DNA of 63,985 nt, filler included, from Choristocarpus tenellus KU-1152 (GCA_964200185.2; 6 parts of 6 records of this genome joined end to end with filler, not necessarily neighbours in it); one strand, 5' to 3'. Shown: positions 24,044 to 38,040, numbered from the whole stretch's first letter. A program made the numbers and translations. The notes: generated from the sequence alone by a model not told the origin.

Positions 24044-27000
24044 ATTGCCCGGAGTCTGGCTACTGGGCGCCTCCTCCCCACCAGCCCCGAGGCCTCTGTT
24101 GGAGGGGGGAGTGGTTACAGCTGCTACAGTCAATCCAAGAGAGGTGGTGCTGGTCGTAGAAAGGGAGGTGGCCAGGATGAAGATATCACAGATAGGGAGA
24201 GCATGTCTACATCTTCTTCAACGCTATCATTGGATAGCACAGACACGGATGAGAGTCTCTCCGGCCAGGAGGGGGAAGGCATGGTAAGGGGTAGGTTGGA
24301 TATATCTACGAGAATGAATTTAATGGGTTAGGGTCGGGGCATTAGCAATAATACAGGAAGAGTTTGTGGGAGCTGGATAGGCCCATGACCCATTGCCTTA
24401 GCTGTGGATCATTAATAACATGTCCATTCCTAGATATGAGTCCTACCCAAAGCTCTCTTTGAACCGCATACTGGTTTTGTATATAGGATTGTGTATCCAG
24501 AAAATCCCCGACAGAAGAGTACTTCAACACATGGTGTGCCCAGAATCAGCTGCCCATCAACATGGACACATTGTTAATTTCTCAAGAAATATGTGTAACA
24601 TACTGATTTATTCTGGACACCAACTCGGAATACTACCTTGGAAAAACAATGCATAGAGTCAAGGCATTTAAGAGGGTAGGAGTTTTGCCCTGTTTGTCCA
24701 TTCTGGTTGACTTCCCACAGGATTTTTTTGCCCCTTTTCGGTTTTAAGTGTGAATACAGTTACCTAATACATATACAACTATGAAAGTTGTGTCTGGAAC
24801 AAGGATATTGACAGTTGCTAACAAACATGATAGCCAAAATTCATCAAAATTGCAACATTTGATTTATGATTCCGAACAGACATGGCCCAACCCTCTTGAA
24901 TGCTTTGGGTCATACCTTCTTCACAGCCTATGGGAGTCTTCTGAACATCCCCACCGCATCTTATTGTCCAAAACTTCAAAATCTCAAGTCCGTAATACCT
25001 CAATTCATCAGCAAATACAATAAGATCAGACACATCAATCATTTCCCCCCCTGAGTCGAGGTGAATGACCCCTTGATTTAGACTCCAGAGTAGTTGGATT
25101 TAAAGTTGACAAGGCAGTATTCTCGGTCTGTTAGTATTTAGACACTCTCCAGACTCTGTCACACGTTTCCTTGAGCCCCTGGGTCAAACTCTCGAAACTT
25201 TACTGTCTAGCTTCGACCACTACACCAGGTCGCTCATGGCATATCCCCAACGTCCATTACAAATATACAAGTATGTGAAATATCCGTTATGTCTATATAG
25301 GGAGCTCTCAATATCCACAACACACCTTATCCAAAACCTATTCCAAGTTCTGATGGAAAGGTCCGACCCAAACTCAAAACCATCAACCCTCGCCTCTCAC
25401 AACAATACACACCATGCTCACAAAATAAACAGCAAAGGACTGGAAGCCATAGGCCACCAACACACTTGAATTCTTACCGGAGAGGGACAGCATCAGATGT
25501 TCAGGTGGAGTTTAACATGGAGAACCAGGAGGTGGAAGGGGGCGGCATTGAGGAGGGTGTGACCATACACGAGAGAGGGCCAGAAGTAGGAGGTATTGGG
25601 GAAGAGGAGGAAAGGTCTGCCATCAACCGCACTCCTCATCCAACCTTCAGGCCTGGTAGCCGCCTGGTCTATCAGAGGGCTTTCTCAGCCAGGTGGGATA
25701 TGGTACACATACTACACATGAGAGGGATAGCAGCAATGAGTGGGGGATCAGATTTGTCATTGATATGATCGTGTGAAGATCAGGGTGGATATGTTTGAGT
25801 ATACTATCATGGATTGGTGAATAAAGAAGATGTCCTTGAATCACGCTGGTCAGTGTGGCTCAAAAACACAAACAAACAAAACCTATTACCACACAGACTT
25901 GTCTTGCAAACTGCATCGTTGAACACCCAACAACAGCTCATATGCTATAACTCTTGCCCAGGTCTTCATCAGACGACACATCTATGGCCGGCGACAGAGG
26001 AGGAGATCCCACATCCGCCCATGACTCATCCTCAACTCTTTTGCCTGTGGAACTAGATCGCCAGTTCTTGATATCCCCAGAAGAGTATCGAAGCACCTGG
26101 GATTCACTGGAAATTAGTGCCTGCTTCAGGTGAGTCACTGTGTCGAACTGTTCCTGAGAAAGTATATCCAATCCTACCCATACATCATTCCAACTCAACC
26201 CTAGGACCAACCCTGTACCCCCCAAGACCTTGGTGTATCAGTCAGCGAGTCTTGCGGCAATTGGTGGGAGGAAGAATTAGACCTCATTCACTTGTGAGTT
26301 GCTGCATTGATTTGATTTCCTTTTTTCTCATCCCCTGAACACACAAATCAGAGAGAGAAAATGATGCCATTCTTCAACGTATGCCAAGTAGTTGCGCTTA
26401 TGTAGTGTGATATTAAGGCCAAAGAGGGACAGAGAATAATTTGTTTTTGGCATTTTTTTTGGCAAGGGGCAGAAAAAACATGACAGCCTATCCTCAGTCT
26501 CTAACTTCAAACTACAAATTTCATTAAGTAAGGCAGATGGGGCTGCCACGGGTGGTCCACAAGGCCATGGAGACAAAAAGATTCTCCAAGCCCCATCCCT
26601 CTCCCCCTCTGGTGCAAAATGCTGTCAGAAGCTTAGGTACGTTCCTGGACACCTGATGGAACATGCTGAAAGAAACAATAGCAACCTATTTTAAGGAACT
26701 GACTGGGGTGGTGGGAGTATAATGTACAACTGTATGGGGGTTCGACACACATCGGGAATGAGTAATCAGGGGGAAGGAGTGTGTTTATAGGTAGGCTCAA
26801 AGTATCTGAGGGGGGGTGGTGGATGTCCATTCAGGGCCCATTTTTCCATGCCGCAAATTTTGGGGTATTTGATTGAATGTGTCAGACGGATATTATAAGT
26901 GCACTTCACCTGATCAGGGTCCGAATGGTCACCCTGGTGTAGAACCCCCTCCCCCCCCAGATACTTTGAGCCAGTAGTTTGGCATTGGAATCAATATTGA

Positions 27001-29518
27001 GATGTCTTATTGTATATACTCATTGCTTCCAGCTGATGTGGTATGTCCAAGGCCAGGGTCAAGGGGTGGAGCAGCAACGGAAGAAGTTCTATGTTACAAA
27101 TCAAAAGGAAAAGTAGAATGAGAAGATAAATGATGATGAAGTGTTTGCAGATTTTGGCAGATACAGAGGGCCTTTTCCTTCTACCACTTCTCTTTTCCCA
27201 ATGTCGTTTTTGGACATGGTGAAGCAAGTTCCTATGTACTACGGAGTACATAGGAGTCAAGGTATCTTAGAGGGTAGAGCTGCATCCATTTGGGGGCCAA
27301 AATCCAATGTTGCGATTTTGATGTAATTTTGGGTATTGTGTTTGTTAGGAAGTGTCAACATCCTTGTTCCAGACATGCCTTTTCATAACGTACACATTTT
27401 ACCTACTCCAAAACATTTTGGAGTAGGAAAATGTCATAAAAAAACTCTGAGGGAAGCCAAGCCTCAAATGGATAAATAGGGCAAACCTTGTACCCCCAAT
27501 GATACTTTCACCCATAGTGGTGTATAGATTTTACGTAAAGCTAAAAAAGGAAGGAGGCAACCTCATTCTCACTACCGAGTGAGTTGATTTTCTTTGGTAT
27601 TGGAATGAAAGTATCTTAGAGGGTAGAGCCGCGTCCGTTTGGGGGTCAAAATCCAACGTTGAAATTATTATGTAATTTTCGCTATCGTGTTTGTTAGAAA
27701 GTCCATCAATATCCTTGTTCCGGATACACCTTTTCATAATGTATACATTTTACCTACTCCGAAACATTTCAGAGTAGGAAAAAGTCATAAAACGCCTATG
27801 GGAAGTTAAGCCCCAAATGGAAACAGGGCAGAACTCGTACCTTCTAAGATAATTTAACTCTTGTACAGAACACCCAGTGGGCCACTCGTGGAACTAGTTC
27901 CTCTGGTGTAGAGTAGGATAAATTTCCACTCCCAAAAAGCACTGATCAAGCTAAAGGAAAGGGCAGGACATACAACCCCCCCCCCAGATACTTTGAGTCT
28001 TTTCGTGTTCATTGGGGTCTCCAGATTGAGCAGTACTATACTGATGATCATTCGGTTGCCTCTTTCCCTTTTTAGCTATGGTCCTCAATACCTGCATACC
28101 TTCTTGATTGCTTGTAATTCCTTTGCCTACAACCTCCGTCTATGACCTTCGTTGCCAAGTTGAAATGTTTTACCAATGGGATTGATTGGACTCGTGGCCA
28201 ATGAAAGAATAGCAAGATAGATACACTACCAGGTTTGACAGCACTACTTGCACAGCCCCAGTATTAATGTTGAAACCTTAGTTTGTATGTGTTGTGCATT
28301 GTTGTGCTGTGTCTAGTTTGTAGCGAAGGGTATCATAGTGAAACAAAGCACCGTTGAATTTGTTCTGGTAGGTCTGATGACATGTTTTACTCAACCAGAC
28401 AGTGGTTGGCGTGAAAAGTCTGATCATTCATTGAGACGCTCAAATGAAGAAATGCACGCTCTGTGGAGAGGCTTGTCACCTTGACTGAGAAGGGTTTCGG
28501 AGGATGTTTCAAACTCGGTTTATATTGCTCCCCGGTGTGTGTCTGGTACACGTATTGCAGGGTGAGCACAATGAATTATGAGGGGGCAATGCCAGTCAAG
28601 AAAAATAACAATCAACACACAATATGCAACTCAAAAAAACAATCAACAACCTTTTGTGTGAAGAAGAAGAAAGGGAAAAACAATGAAGAAATAAGGAGAC
28701 AATGCCGAATCAATGTCTGAGGGAATTGTTGTGACACACGGTATGCCGGTATGTGTGATAGGAAGCGAATGTTCTCATGCTTCTTGTGTACAGTGGTGTT
28801 CTGAAGGTGATTGGTGGTGTTGTGATGAGGATCTAATGATATAAGTGAGGATAGCGACCATTACAATGGACAAATCAACATTCAGTATGGACTGATGATA
28901 CTGTATTGTATCAAGACAAATCAAATGAGCCTATGTTTTAACAATTAATAGAGTCAAATGTTATCATATGGTTCGAAGTTTCCACGTCCAACCTCAATCA
29001 CGAAAGTCGCAATATTTTCAGTGCATGCGTATCAGGTGAGGTAACAAAACCAACAAATACGTACTCACACACCCCTAGGTGCAAAACATAGTGGGCATGT
29101 TCACCATCAGTTGGGTCTATACCACCCTTACCTGAGGAAAGGACATGGCAATCGCACTAGGTAGTGGTGTGCATTCGTCACCATGGCTTCCCATAGTTCC
29201 CCTCTTCATCCAATACTCTCTGCTCTGCCCTTTCTCTTGATCTGTTCCTTACCCTGCCCTCGCATGACTCCCTCTGGGGGAAACCCAAACCGTCCCAATT
29301 ACCTATTTAAACCGTCCCAATTACCTATTTGATGCAAACAAAACCTAAGGTGCCGCATTGGAAGCATGCCAGATGTGGCAACTGTTGCCACCCACCTTCA
29401 GGCCCAAGGTTTCTTGGTGGTGGCTTCCGGAATAGTGAATAGTCACACTAAGATTTATGCCTGTGCTCGTGGCAAGGAGGCAACCGGGAGGCCACCTATC
29501 CAATTTCTCATAGAGATG
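24044..29518 (+). CDS. Partial multi-exon gene ending in a beta-adaptin appendage C-terminal-like domain
   Basis: AG/GT-bounded open exons at 24044-24283, 25505-25692 (...FRPGSRLVYQRAFSAR) and 29350-29518 (CRIGSMPDVATVATHLQAQGFLVVASGIVNSHTKIYACA...QFLIEM). The last resembles the B2-adapt-app_C pattern L...F..VASG....K.Y...FL.E. Other exons are unresolved. Confidence 0.45.
24656..24911 (-). mobile_element. MITE family A, divergent subfamily; 3-bp TSD ATA
   Basis: GAGTCAAGGCATTTAAGAGGGTA...CCCTCTTGAATGCTTTGGGTC. Similar divergent copies lie at 37298-37550, 49859-50139 and about 54487-54716. Confidence 0.75.
26794..26972. mobile_element. MITE family B, full length
   Basis: GGCTCAAAGTATCTGAGGGGGGG...CCCCCCAGATACTTTGAGCC, with flanks GGTA and AGTA. 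Confidence 0.85.
27254..27513 (+). mobile_element. MITE family A; 4-bp TSD ATAG
   Basis: TIRs and conserved interior; ATAG on both sides. Confidence 0.9.
27603..27860 (+). mobile_element. MITE family A; 3-bp TSD TTG
   Basis: TIRs and conserved interior. Confidence 0.88.
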
Positions 29519-29809
29519 GTGAGAAGATTTGCAGGGTGTAGGAGGGGTCGGGGGGTGGGGTGGGGGATGTGTCGTATTTTGCTGTTGAGTGTATTCTAGT
29601 CAAGAAAAAAGTGAGACCAAATCGCTACTCCAGATTGCTCAAACAAAACATTTCACAGTCACTTGAAGGCATGTTGCTGAAGAGCCAAGCGTGTAACATG
29701 ATGGGGCGTGAAACTTGTTCTTTTGGTGAGATTCATTTGGAGGCGTTTGCACGGAAACTTGAAGTCTACACTTTGATAAACTCAAAACATAATGGTGGAA
29801 TGAAACTGG

Positions 29810-29874
29810 GAGTCAAAGTATTTTAGAGGGTAGAGTCGCGTCCATTTGGGGACCAAAATCCAATGTTGCAATTT
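29810..29874 (+). mobile_element. MITE family A, left end, cut by contig end
   Basis: GAGTCAAAGTATTTTAGAGGGTAGAGTCGCGTCCATTTGGGG. Confidence 0.85.
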
Positions 29875-30625
29875 NNNNNNNNNNNNNNNNNNNNNNNNNN
29901 NNNNNNNNNNNNNNNNNNTTAATTAATTAANNNNNNNNNNNNNNNNNNNNNNNNNNNNNNNNNNNNNNNNNNNNCACAAACCACCCCCCCCCCCCAAAGA
30001 TACTTTGATCCTCGAAACAATAAACACATGATATCAAGTATACTCTATATCTGAAGAAATATTGGAATGGAAATATAAATATAAATTTTCATGATGAAAT
30101 TAAGAAAAAATAAAATATAATAAATTATAATAGGAAAAAAAAGTTAAGAGTGCACATAAAAATAGATATATGAAAATTTTAATGTTGGATAAGCATCACA
30201 AAGAAGTATCTGTTGTAGTTGAATTGATGAAACAAAGTGACTGTTACGACTGCATGACCCAGGAGGGCAAATGAGGCTTTTCAAGATATGTAGATGTTTG
30301 CACCAATATTACCATACCATCCTCCTGCTGCTTCCTTACCCTCCAAAACAGGCGCTTGCAGAGGCTCACACCATCACCTCTGGAGGTATAAGAGGGGTTG
30401 AAGCAACAAGGACCACAACTAGGGCACTCCAATACCTCCTACAGGTATGAACCCATCAACACCTCACATTTTGCTTTCTTTCAACCCCCCATCCCCCCCA
30501 TTAGTACCCTTTCCCTCTTCCTCCTGATATAAAAACTCCCAGGAGTCAACCACGCAACCATCTTTATCTTCTCAGTCACATCCTTGGTCCATTTGCCTGT
30601 TGTTACTGCCCCTCCCCTCCTTAAG

Positions 30626-33600
30626 GCACTGGATACAGCTCAATCTGTAGGGTCACAGTATGCCTTCCTTTCATACAACGCCTCTGTGCATGCTTGGAAC
30701 ATTCTTCGTCCGGTACTGAGGACAGGATCAGCCCGTCATCACAAAGGGGATCTGGCTAGGTACATGCAAAAACCTCTTCTGGTAGACACCCTTTGCTCAT
30801 ACCGGTTGTCGTGCGGGATGATCACTCACTACAAAATATAATGCCTGCACAGTTTACCATTACTCACAGTTCTTAGAGCATTATGTTTGCATCCACATCC
30901 ACACAAATATACATACACTGTGAAGCAATTGCTTTGGTAGTTCTACTTTTTTACATACATATGCATACATACATCTGCATATGTACAATAAAGCTTCAAT
31001 TTCATTCTATTCTTTTTTGTGGGTAAATGTGAAGTAGTGAGTCTCTCCATTTCCATTCTTGTCATGCTTATGGAGCCATTCCCACAACTGATGTACATGT
31101 AGACACTCTTAACTTCATCTTCTGGTCAGCGCTGCACTTCACAACTGAAATTACATTTTTTCTCTCTGTGTGTGTGTGTCTGCATGTGTGCGAGCATGCG
31201 TGTATGGTGTTAGGATTGCATGTACGAACTGACAAAAAATGTGCAAATAACCATAATAATAATAATATCAAGGATGTGTAAGGGATAACAACATGCGCTA
31301 ATAATAAAGTGTAACAACTTTGAAAAAATATGTCTGTAAAATTTTTTGACAATAAAAAAAGAGTGACAGGGCAAGCTAGTTGACTTCATGTCAAATAAAG
31401 ACCGCTTCATCGGCAAGATGATTGCTTTTTGTTACCATTGACGCAACTCTTTACCCCTGCCACAACCTTTCTCTCAACAGTTCACCCCCCCACAACGACT
31501 GCACTGTTACCCACAGCCTGATATCCCAAAATCTCTCCTGTCTTACTCTGCCTTGTTGTCTACCCCCCCCCCCCTCCGAAATGGTTCCATATCACGTTGT
31601 TTGCAAGTCAGGTTTGTGGATGCATTAGGAGCAGGAGTGGTAAGTGTTAGGGGAGGAGGAAGGGGAGGAGGGGGAGGAGGGGGAGGAGGAGAAGTTGGAG
31701 GTGACCCTGATATTGGATGGCGTTGTTCCCTTCAGCTTGCCCTAACCCTGGCGCTTGACGATGCTGGTGATGGAAGTTCTGCTGTGTCTAAGGGGACAGG
31801 GGCTTACTCTCTAGCTGAACAAGGGGTAGCTATGACCAGGGGCAAACTTGAGGAGAAAAAAATCTCACTGATGGAGGTATGCACACATTGGCTGGGACTG
31901 ATAATGTGCATCATGGGTGGGGCTTGATTGTTTCCATGAATTCAGAGCGTAATTGTTTGGTGGTAGAGTTTGGATTATGGGTGTGGGGCTAAAAGCACAC
32001 ATAAAAAATGAAAATATAGAAAAAAAAGAGAAATTGTGAATCAAGGTTGAAGGAGTTTGGAGGTGTTGTTAAGGTTAGTGGGATAGTGTGAGAGATAAGA
32101 GAAAAATAAATATTATTTTGGAAGGTGGGTGAGCTCTTTTGTAGGAAACATGTGGAGGGAGAAGAGGAGGAAGATGATTGCTCTTATTGCAAGGTGCAAC
32201 TATGCGGACTCAGATATTCTAAGACCAATTAAGACAGGATGAAGTCCTGTTAGTAGCTATTGTGCATGGTGTACATTTCTGTATATTTCAAGTGAGGCAC
32301 AGACGTTTTTTTGTTGGGTCTATTACCAATGCCGCCAGTAATAAGACCTTCCTGGGCTGTGCTGCAGTGTAGTAGGGGAAAGGGTTATATAATGACACAT
32401 TTTCACAATAATCTCGTGGATGGATACATACATCCTCGTCTGATGTTGGTCTACAAGATCACATGATTCTGAGAAAAAACAGTTGATGATAAGATATATA
32501 CATATACTGCATATATCTGCTGCCTTGTTGCCAAGGCTTGTTTTACGACTGGATGCCCTCCCGACTTCATTATTGTTCTCAATATTCTGCTGTCCACCAC
32601 CACTGGCGCAAAACATATTATTTTTGCACACCCTGCTGTGTCAATCAATCAATCTCAATTTCCTCCATCCCCTGTTGATCATCTAGTCCATTTCTTCCTT
32701 TTTGCCATGGCTGACTGGTCAACGCCTTTCAGGCACGCAAACGTGCAGAGGAGTTGAGGGCTGCGATCCCACAACATGTCCAGGAGGAGGTGAAGGAAGA
32801 TGGGGGGGGGAGAGGAGGCGTGCATGCAGTTGAGGGTGAGGATGCCACTGGTTCCAAGTAGATTAGGTCGTTTGATTGGGAAGAGATTCCTTGTTGAAGG
32901 AAATTGCTAAAGCACAAAGTAGACAAAAGGGGGGTATACACACCCTCATATTTTTGGTCCAAAGAGGGTGCAAATTGATCAAAAAGGAAAATTGAATTGT
33001 TATTCGTATGGAAGGATCAAGTGATATGGGTGTGATGTTGAGTGATATTCAAATCGTACCCCCTTTGGACTGATACGCAGGGGTATGCCCCTCAGAGTCA
33101 TTATGTACTATTGTTTTACACTTCTACCCCTCTTCGCCCTTTGATGACCCCAAATAGTACCCGTTTCTGCCCTAAAGGACTTAAATGACATACTTGGTGC
33201 GTAGAGCAGTGGTCTAAAAGGGGTATACCCCAACGTCTTCGGACTCTGGGAGGTATAAGAATTGGGGATATGTGTTAGACCAGTTTGGATTAAGTTTCTT
33301 GACACCTCTTCAGAAACAGCAGATCTTGCCATCGCTTAGAGTTTTCTTTGTGGAATCTTTAGGAGGTAGTGACGTAGGGCAAATTTTGATGCCCATTTTT
33401 TTTCAATGTCACATGTATCGAAATCACAGAACGTCAGTACCAGGAGAATTAGAATTCGATGAAGTAGGACCTTTTTGATTCTCACATGAACAAATTTGCA
33501 ATGACCTCCCTTTGATTCAACCATTAAAAAAATTAGGACCTAAAGTATCTGGGGGGGGCGTGGGGGGGCGGGGGTCTGTACCCTGGTGTCCATTTGGGCC

Positions 33601-35334
33601 AAGATAAGGAAATGTGCATTTACATCATCCATCCGAATTATGCAACCAAATCACCCAAAAATCGCGACACAAAAAAAATTGACCCCAAATGGACAGCCGC
33701 CACCCCCACTCCCAGGTACTTTGAGCCTTGGGTAAAAAAAATCTGTCAGAACAATCCATGGATATTGAAACAGTTTCTTAAGGTCAAAAAGGTGTTGTAT
33801 GGCATGGACTCTCGCCAAGTAGATCCTTAGGGGGTACACTCTCTGGGTTAAGGACAAAAAAGGGTACTATCACAGGTCATCAAAGTGCAAAAATAGGTAC
33901 AAGTTCAAAATAGTAGACGACATGAGGTGCATCCCAAGTTCCACACCGAAGGGAATATGTTTTTTCAAATTGTTTGGAATCTCACCCATAATGCTTTGTC
34001 CTTCTACATGATCCACAATTCAAATTTGTTTGAATTGCATTGTACTGAAATCGTGCTTTGTTTTATCCTCCTTTGCCCACATGTAGTATGTATGTCACCC
34101 CCCACACAATGGTACCATGTGAAGATCCCACAAGAGAGTCCATGAACAATGGGTCTGTGATTATTTGTAGACGTGTCAAGAACATGGTCTGAAACAGTTA
34201 ACACATTTGTCCAATTCTTCTTACACCTCTTTCCATCCGATTACATGAGGTTAAACCTCCTTTTGACCACTGTTTGAAGCACCACATCACTATTTCAATA
34301 TATCAAAAGCCTTATACGAGTGCTTTGAGTCAAGACAGAATGATAGACATAGACCTATTAAAAAGAAATGGGGTAGGTTATCCGACTTGATTTTTTGTGG
34401 CTAAATCAATGTTCCACACAGATACTGTTGTATTTATTATGTTACATGGTATCAAATAAATGGAGAAAAAAGGTTATGTTGCTTGTTTGATTGGGCCATG
34501 ACAATTGCTAGGGTTAGAGGGCATATCATAACAAAAAAAGCAACACTATGATAATTTTTTTTGGAAAAAATAAATATATATATATTTTATACATGGAGTA
34601 TACATGTTTACCATGTAGCAATATTTGAGCAATTGAGATGAACTTGAAAAAAAAGTGATCAAGGCACTCTCATCTACAGTTATATTATGATCAGTGAGGT
34701 AAATCAACAATGATATATGTGCATGAGCTTCTTGAGAAAATCTGCGCTCAAATTTTTTCATGTGTGGACTAGAATATTTCCGGTGAGATCTTCTGCAGCG
34801 ATCGAGGAAACTGTATCATCATCTCCCCCGCCATGAATTGGAGGGGATATTTATTATTTCGATCCTGTAAGTGGTGATGCAACTGCTGGAAGAGTACGGA
34901 TAGGAGAGACCAAATCAATCTTCAGTGAAGGGCACTTTATCGATCGTCTCATTTCATTTTTTTATTGTGCCATCCCAATTTTTTTTGTTCTCCGTGACAT
35001 GGGTAACTAACTGCATATCAAATTGCGAGGGTTGTTGCATATTGTGCCTCCTTCCTACTCCTACCCATCCATACAGAAGTCTTAAGCAAAATGCTTGGGG
35101 AAACTTTCTACATTTATTTTCTTATATCACTTTTTGAAGTATGAATTCGTGAATGTGTACACCTCAATATTCAGAGAAGAAAAAAAAGAAGGAGATGATG
35201 AATACACTCCCTCATTGGTGCACTACACTCCAGGTTCTAGCGCGGTTTCATCTGGACTGGAGGGAGGGAACGAAAACATGGGGTCTGTACACAAGAATGC
35301 AGATTGGATCGTTGCTGAGGCTGCTATCACTGAG
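30626..35334 (+). CDS. CFAP46: Cilia- and flagella-associated protein 46 (TTC40/FAP46), N-terminal exons only
   Basis: Phase-compatible exons at 30626-30759, 31612-31876, 32733-32857 and 35175-35334. QYAFLSYNASVHAWNILRPVLRTGSARH and DPDIGWRCSLQLAL...DAG match the remembered CFAP46 N-terminal YxFLVYNASVxxWxxxRP and DxxWR motifs. Confidence 0.75.
33537..33727. mobile_element. MITE family B in a CFAP46 intron
   Basis: AAAGTATCTGGGGGGGG...CCCAGGTACTTTGAGCC. Confidence 0.8.
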
Positions 35335-36769
35335 GTGTGTAAGGACCCAGCAGATGAGGTGTTGACAAGTGTATGTTTTCAGGTTGTGTGCACTCGTGTA
35401 GGTGTACATCCTAGTTAAAAACAATGAAAGTGAGATATTTTTTCCACCAATGCTCATAAGAATGATTTTTGTACCTATTGCTAGATGCGAAGCGGTGGGC
35501 ACCTGAGAATACTGTTGTAGCTCCCCCATTCCCTTCTACCTCTGTTGTATTTGATGAGATCAAACGAATTTGATCATTAATGTTTTTTCGTCAAAATGGT
35601 TTGGCAATGAAACCCCCCTCCAATACTATTGAGTAAAAAAATCGTACAGCTTACCATCGCGTGATGTAGGGTAAGACAATGACACAACTCAGGCAGGTAG
35701 GCAAGCATGCAGCCAGCCACAGTGAAGTGATTTTTCGTTTGTCTCAAAAGTCCTATTTTTGGGCTTTGTCTCAAAAGTGGATGAAAAAAAAGGAGGGGGG
35801 ATCAATCTCAATATCATCCTGAAGAGGTCATACTTGTGCAGTATGATAGTCTCCATTGTTCTCTGCGACAAGTTATTCTTCTGTCGACAATCCCTTGAGG
35901 TACAGATGGATACGCTCCGCCAGAGATTGTTGCCGTTATTGTTCTTACAGCTTTTGTTCTTGTCGTCAGCGCTATTTCCAGTAAGTGTTTCACAGAGTTG
36001 GAGAGTTCACCTCACACCGGTGTGGCTGAGAGGACTGCTAGATTTCGACATGTGGAGGTATGGTTTGGAGGCTACAAATCTGGTCAACTACGATGAGTAT
36101 TTGAACATGTTCCACAATCTATACCTAAGAAGTATTTTTGAGATATACACAAGGAGTTATCACCCTAACCCTATCCAGATGCTTTGGAGCATGTCAATTT
36201 TTGTGCAAACCTGTTGGGGTCATAGGGCGTCTATCAACTTTGAGCAGGTAGGATCATCAATGACTCTTCTACTCAAAACAAAACAAAAGTTTTTTGATCA
36301 AAATAAGTTAAATGACATCATCACCAAGACTTTGATGAAAATTCGATAAACTCGAGGTCCCAAAGAATGATGGGCCTGGAAAGCAACTCCGTAACCCAGG
36401 CAACTTGGCGTTATACACACAGTACAAGTTTGAGGTCTAGTATCATAGTATCCAGAGGGTGTTTGTGTGTAGGAGACATCGACTATTTGGTCTTGATGGG
36501 GTGTTGTGTGACACCCCCGATTGATGCCCGTTTTGTGGATTTGGTCCAGGAGGGGGACAGAAAAGTAAGGTGCATTCAGATGAAGGAAATTGCCCTTGCA
36601 TCTGACACATTCAATGTAATGACGTGGTAATCACTACAGAGTCCCATGGGTCAGAATTAGACGTCTGAACCCCCCACTAGGATACTGTGGCCCTGATTAA
36701 CTGCATCATGGTTTATTGAGAAATGGAGAGGGAGTCATTGATTCTTTTTCTCCTCCGCACATCACAGAA

Positions 36770-37011
36770 AGGTACCCGGGTTTTGGCCTTTTTTGCGTAA
36801 GAAGCCAGTTTTTCAATCTTTTGCAATTCATCCACATTTCTACGGATGGAGTTCTAAGTTTGGCTTGAGAAGGTTTACTTCTCTATGAATTGAAAATTTC
36901 TACACAATTCAGAAAATTTCCTACAGCCATTACAAAAAAGAGCAGAATTTTGCTTACATTTTCCAGCATCCTCCAAATGTAACTTTGGGTACCACTCGTT
37001 TACTTTGACTC
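36770..37011. mobile_element. MITE family C (reverse orientation)
   Basis: Ends GGGTACCACTCGTTTACTTTGACTC. Confidence 0.7.
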
Positions 37012-37913
37012 AGAGCTTTGTCAAATTGCTTGGGTGACCCAAATGTTGACCCTTATGCCTGATGATACACCAGTCTGAGGTGTGGCAGGGCATTTGGCAC
37101 AAACGAGACCCTCTGATGCATACACTTATAGCACCACTCTTTTAGGTGTTACACCTGTGGCGTTCTGTAGAGGTTGGGAAAAATTAATGCCCAGTAGTTT
37201 GAAGAAGTTGTGCAGTACCATGAAGATGATGGAGGCCGGGAGGAAGGGATAAATGTATGTGGGGCAGGCCAGAAGTGTACTCTTCTCACCAATGACAGAT
37301 CCAAAGCATTTTAGAGGGTAAGGCCGCGTCTGTTTGGGAAATAAATCAAATTTTTCGATTTAGACGAATTACTGCTATCGTGTTTGTTAGCAAGTGTCAA
37401 TATCCTTGCTCCGGACACACCTTCCATAGTTGTATACATTATAGGAAACTTTGTTCGAACAGAAAACCTTAAACGGGCATAAAACACTAGTGGGAAACCA
37501 AACCCCGAACAAACAGGGCAAAACTTCTACATTCTTTAATGCTCTCACTAAAAAGGCAGGAATGTATTCATTTATTTTGTTTTTTCGGGCCCAGAGATGA
37601 TAAAATGATTGCCTGTGGGGTGGTGGAAGCCGATCAACCGGCACTCTTACAAGTCCCCTTCTATCAACCAGGGAGGTCAATGCGCCGACTTTTTTGGAGG
37701 GGGGACGATCAATCTTGGAGGTACTATCTAGTAATCTTTGACCCAAAGTATCTGGGGGGGGGGGGGGGCCACCCCCCGGGGACGCTATTTGCCCCAAAAG
37801 ACGGAAAAGTCAANNNNNNNNNNNNNNNNNNNNNNNNNNNNNNNNNNNNNNNNNNNNTTAATTAATTAANNNNNNNNNNNNNNNNNNNNNNNNNNNNNNN
37901 NNNNNNNNNNNNN

Positions 37914-37979
37914 CGCCATTTTCGGTCAAAACCATCCTCAATAATAGTACGCTCCATCCTCAATTTTTAAAACCCACTG
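37914..37979. mobile_element. MITE family D, right end
   Basis: CTCCATCCTCAATTTTTAAAACCCACTG|TTA. Confidence 0.7.
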
Positions 37980-37981
37980 TT

Positions 37982-38040
37982 AAGGGGTAGGTGGGAAGCG
38001 GTCGCGGGACACACGCGGCAGGCAGTAGTGAGCAACATGT
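37982..38040. repeat. 59-bp exact copy of 14189-14247 (intron 1 of the ParB-like gene)
   Basis: AAGGGGTAGGTGGGAAGCGGTCGCGGGACACACGCGGCAGGCAGTAGTGAGCAACATGT is present at both sites. Confidence 0.92.

Noticed and set aside
29288-29330. 22-bp tandem duplication, and similar short duplications near 5750 and 14358-14460
   Set aside because: Ordinary slippage in introns, with no further structure.
35759-36349. 196-aa ORF; possible piggyBac-like relic or further CFAP46 exons
   Set aside because: Only a faint resemblance, with no convincing catalytic motif or splice-phase support.
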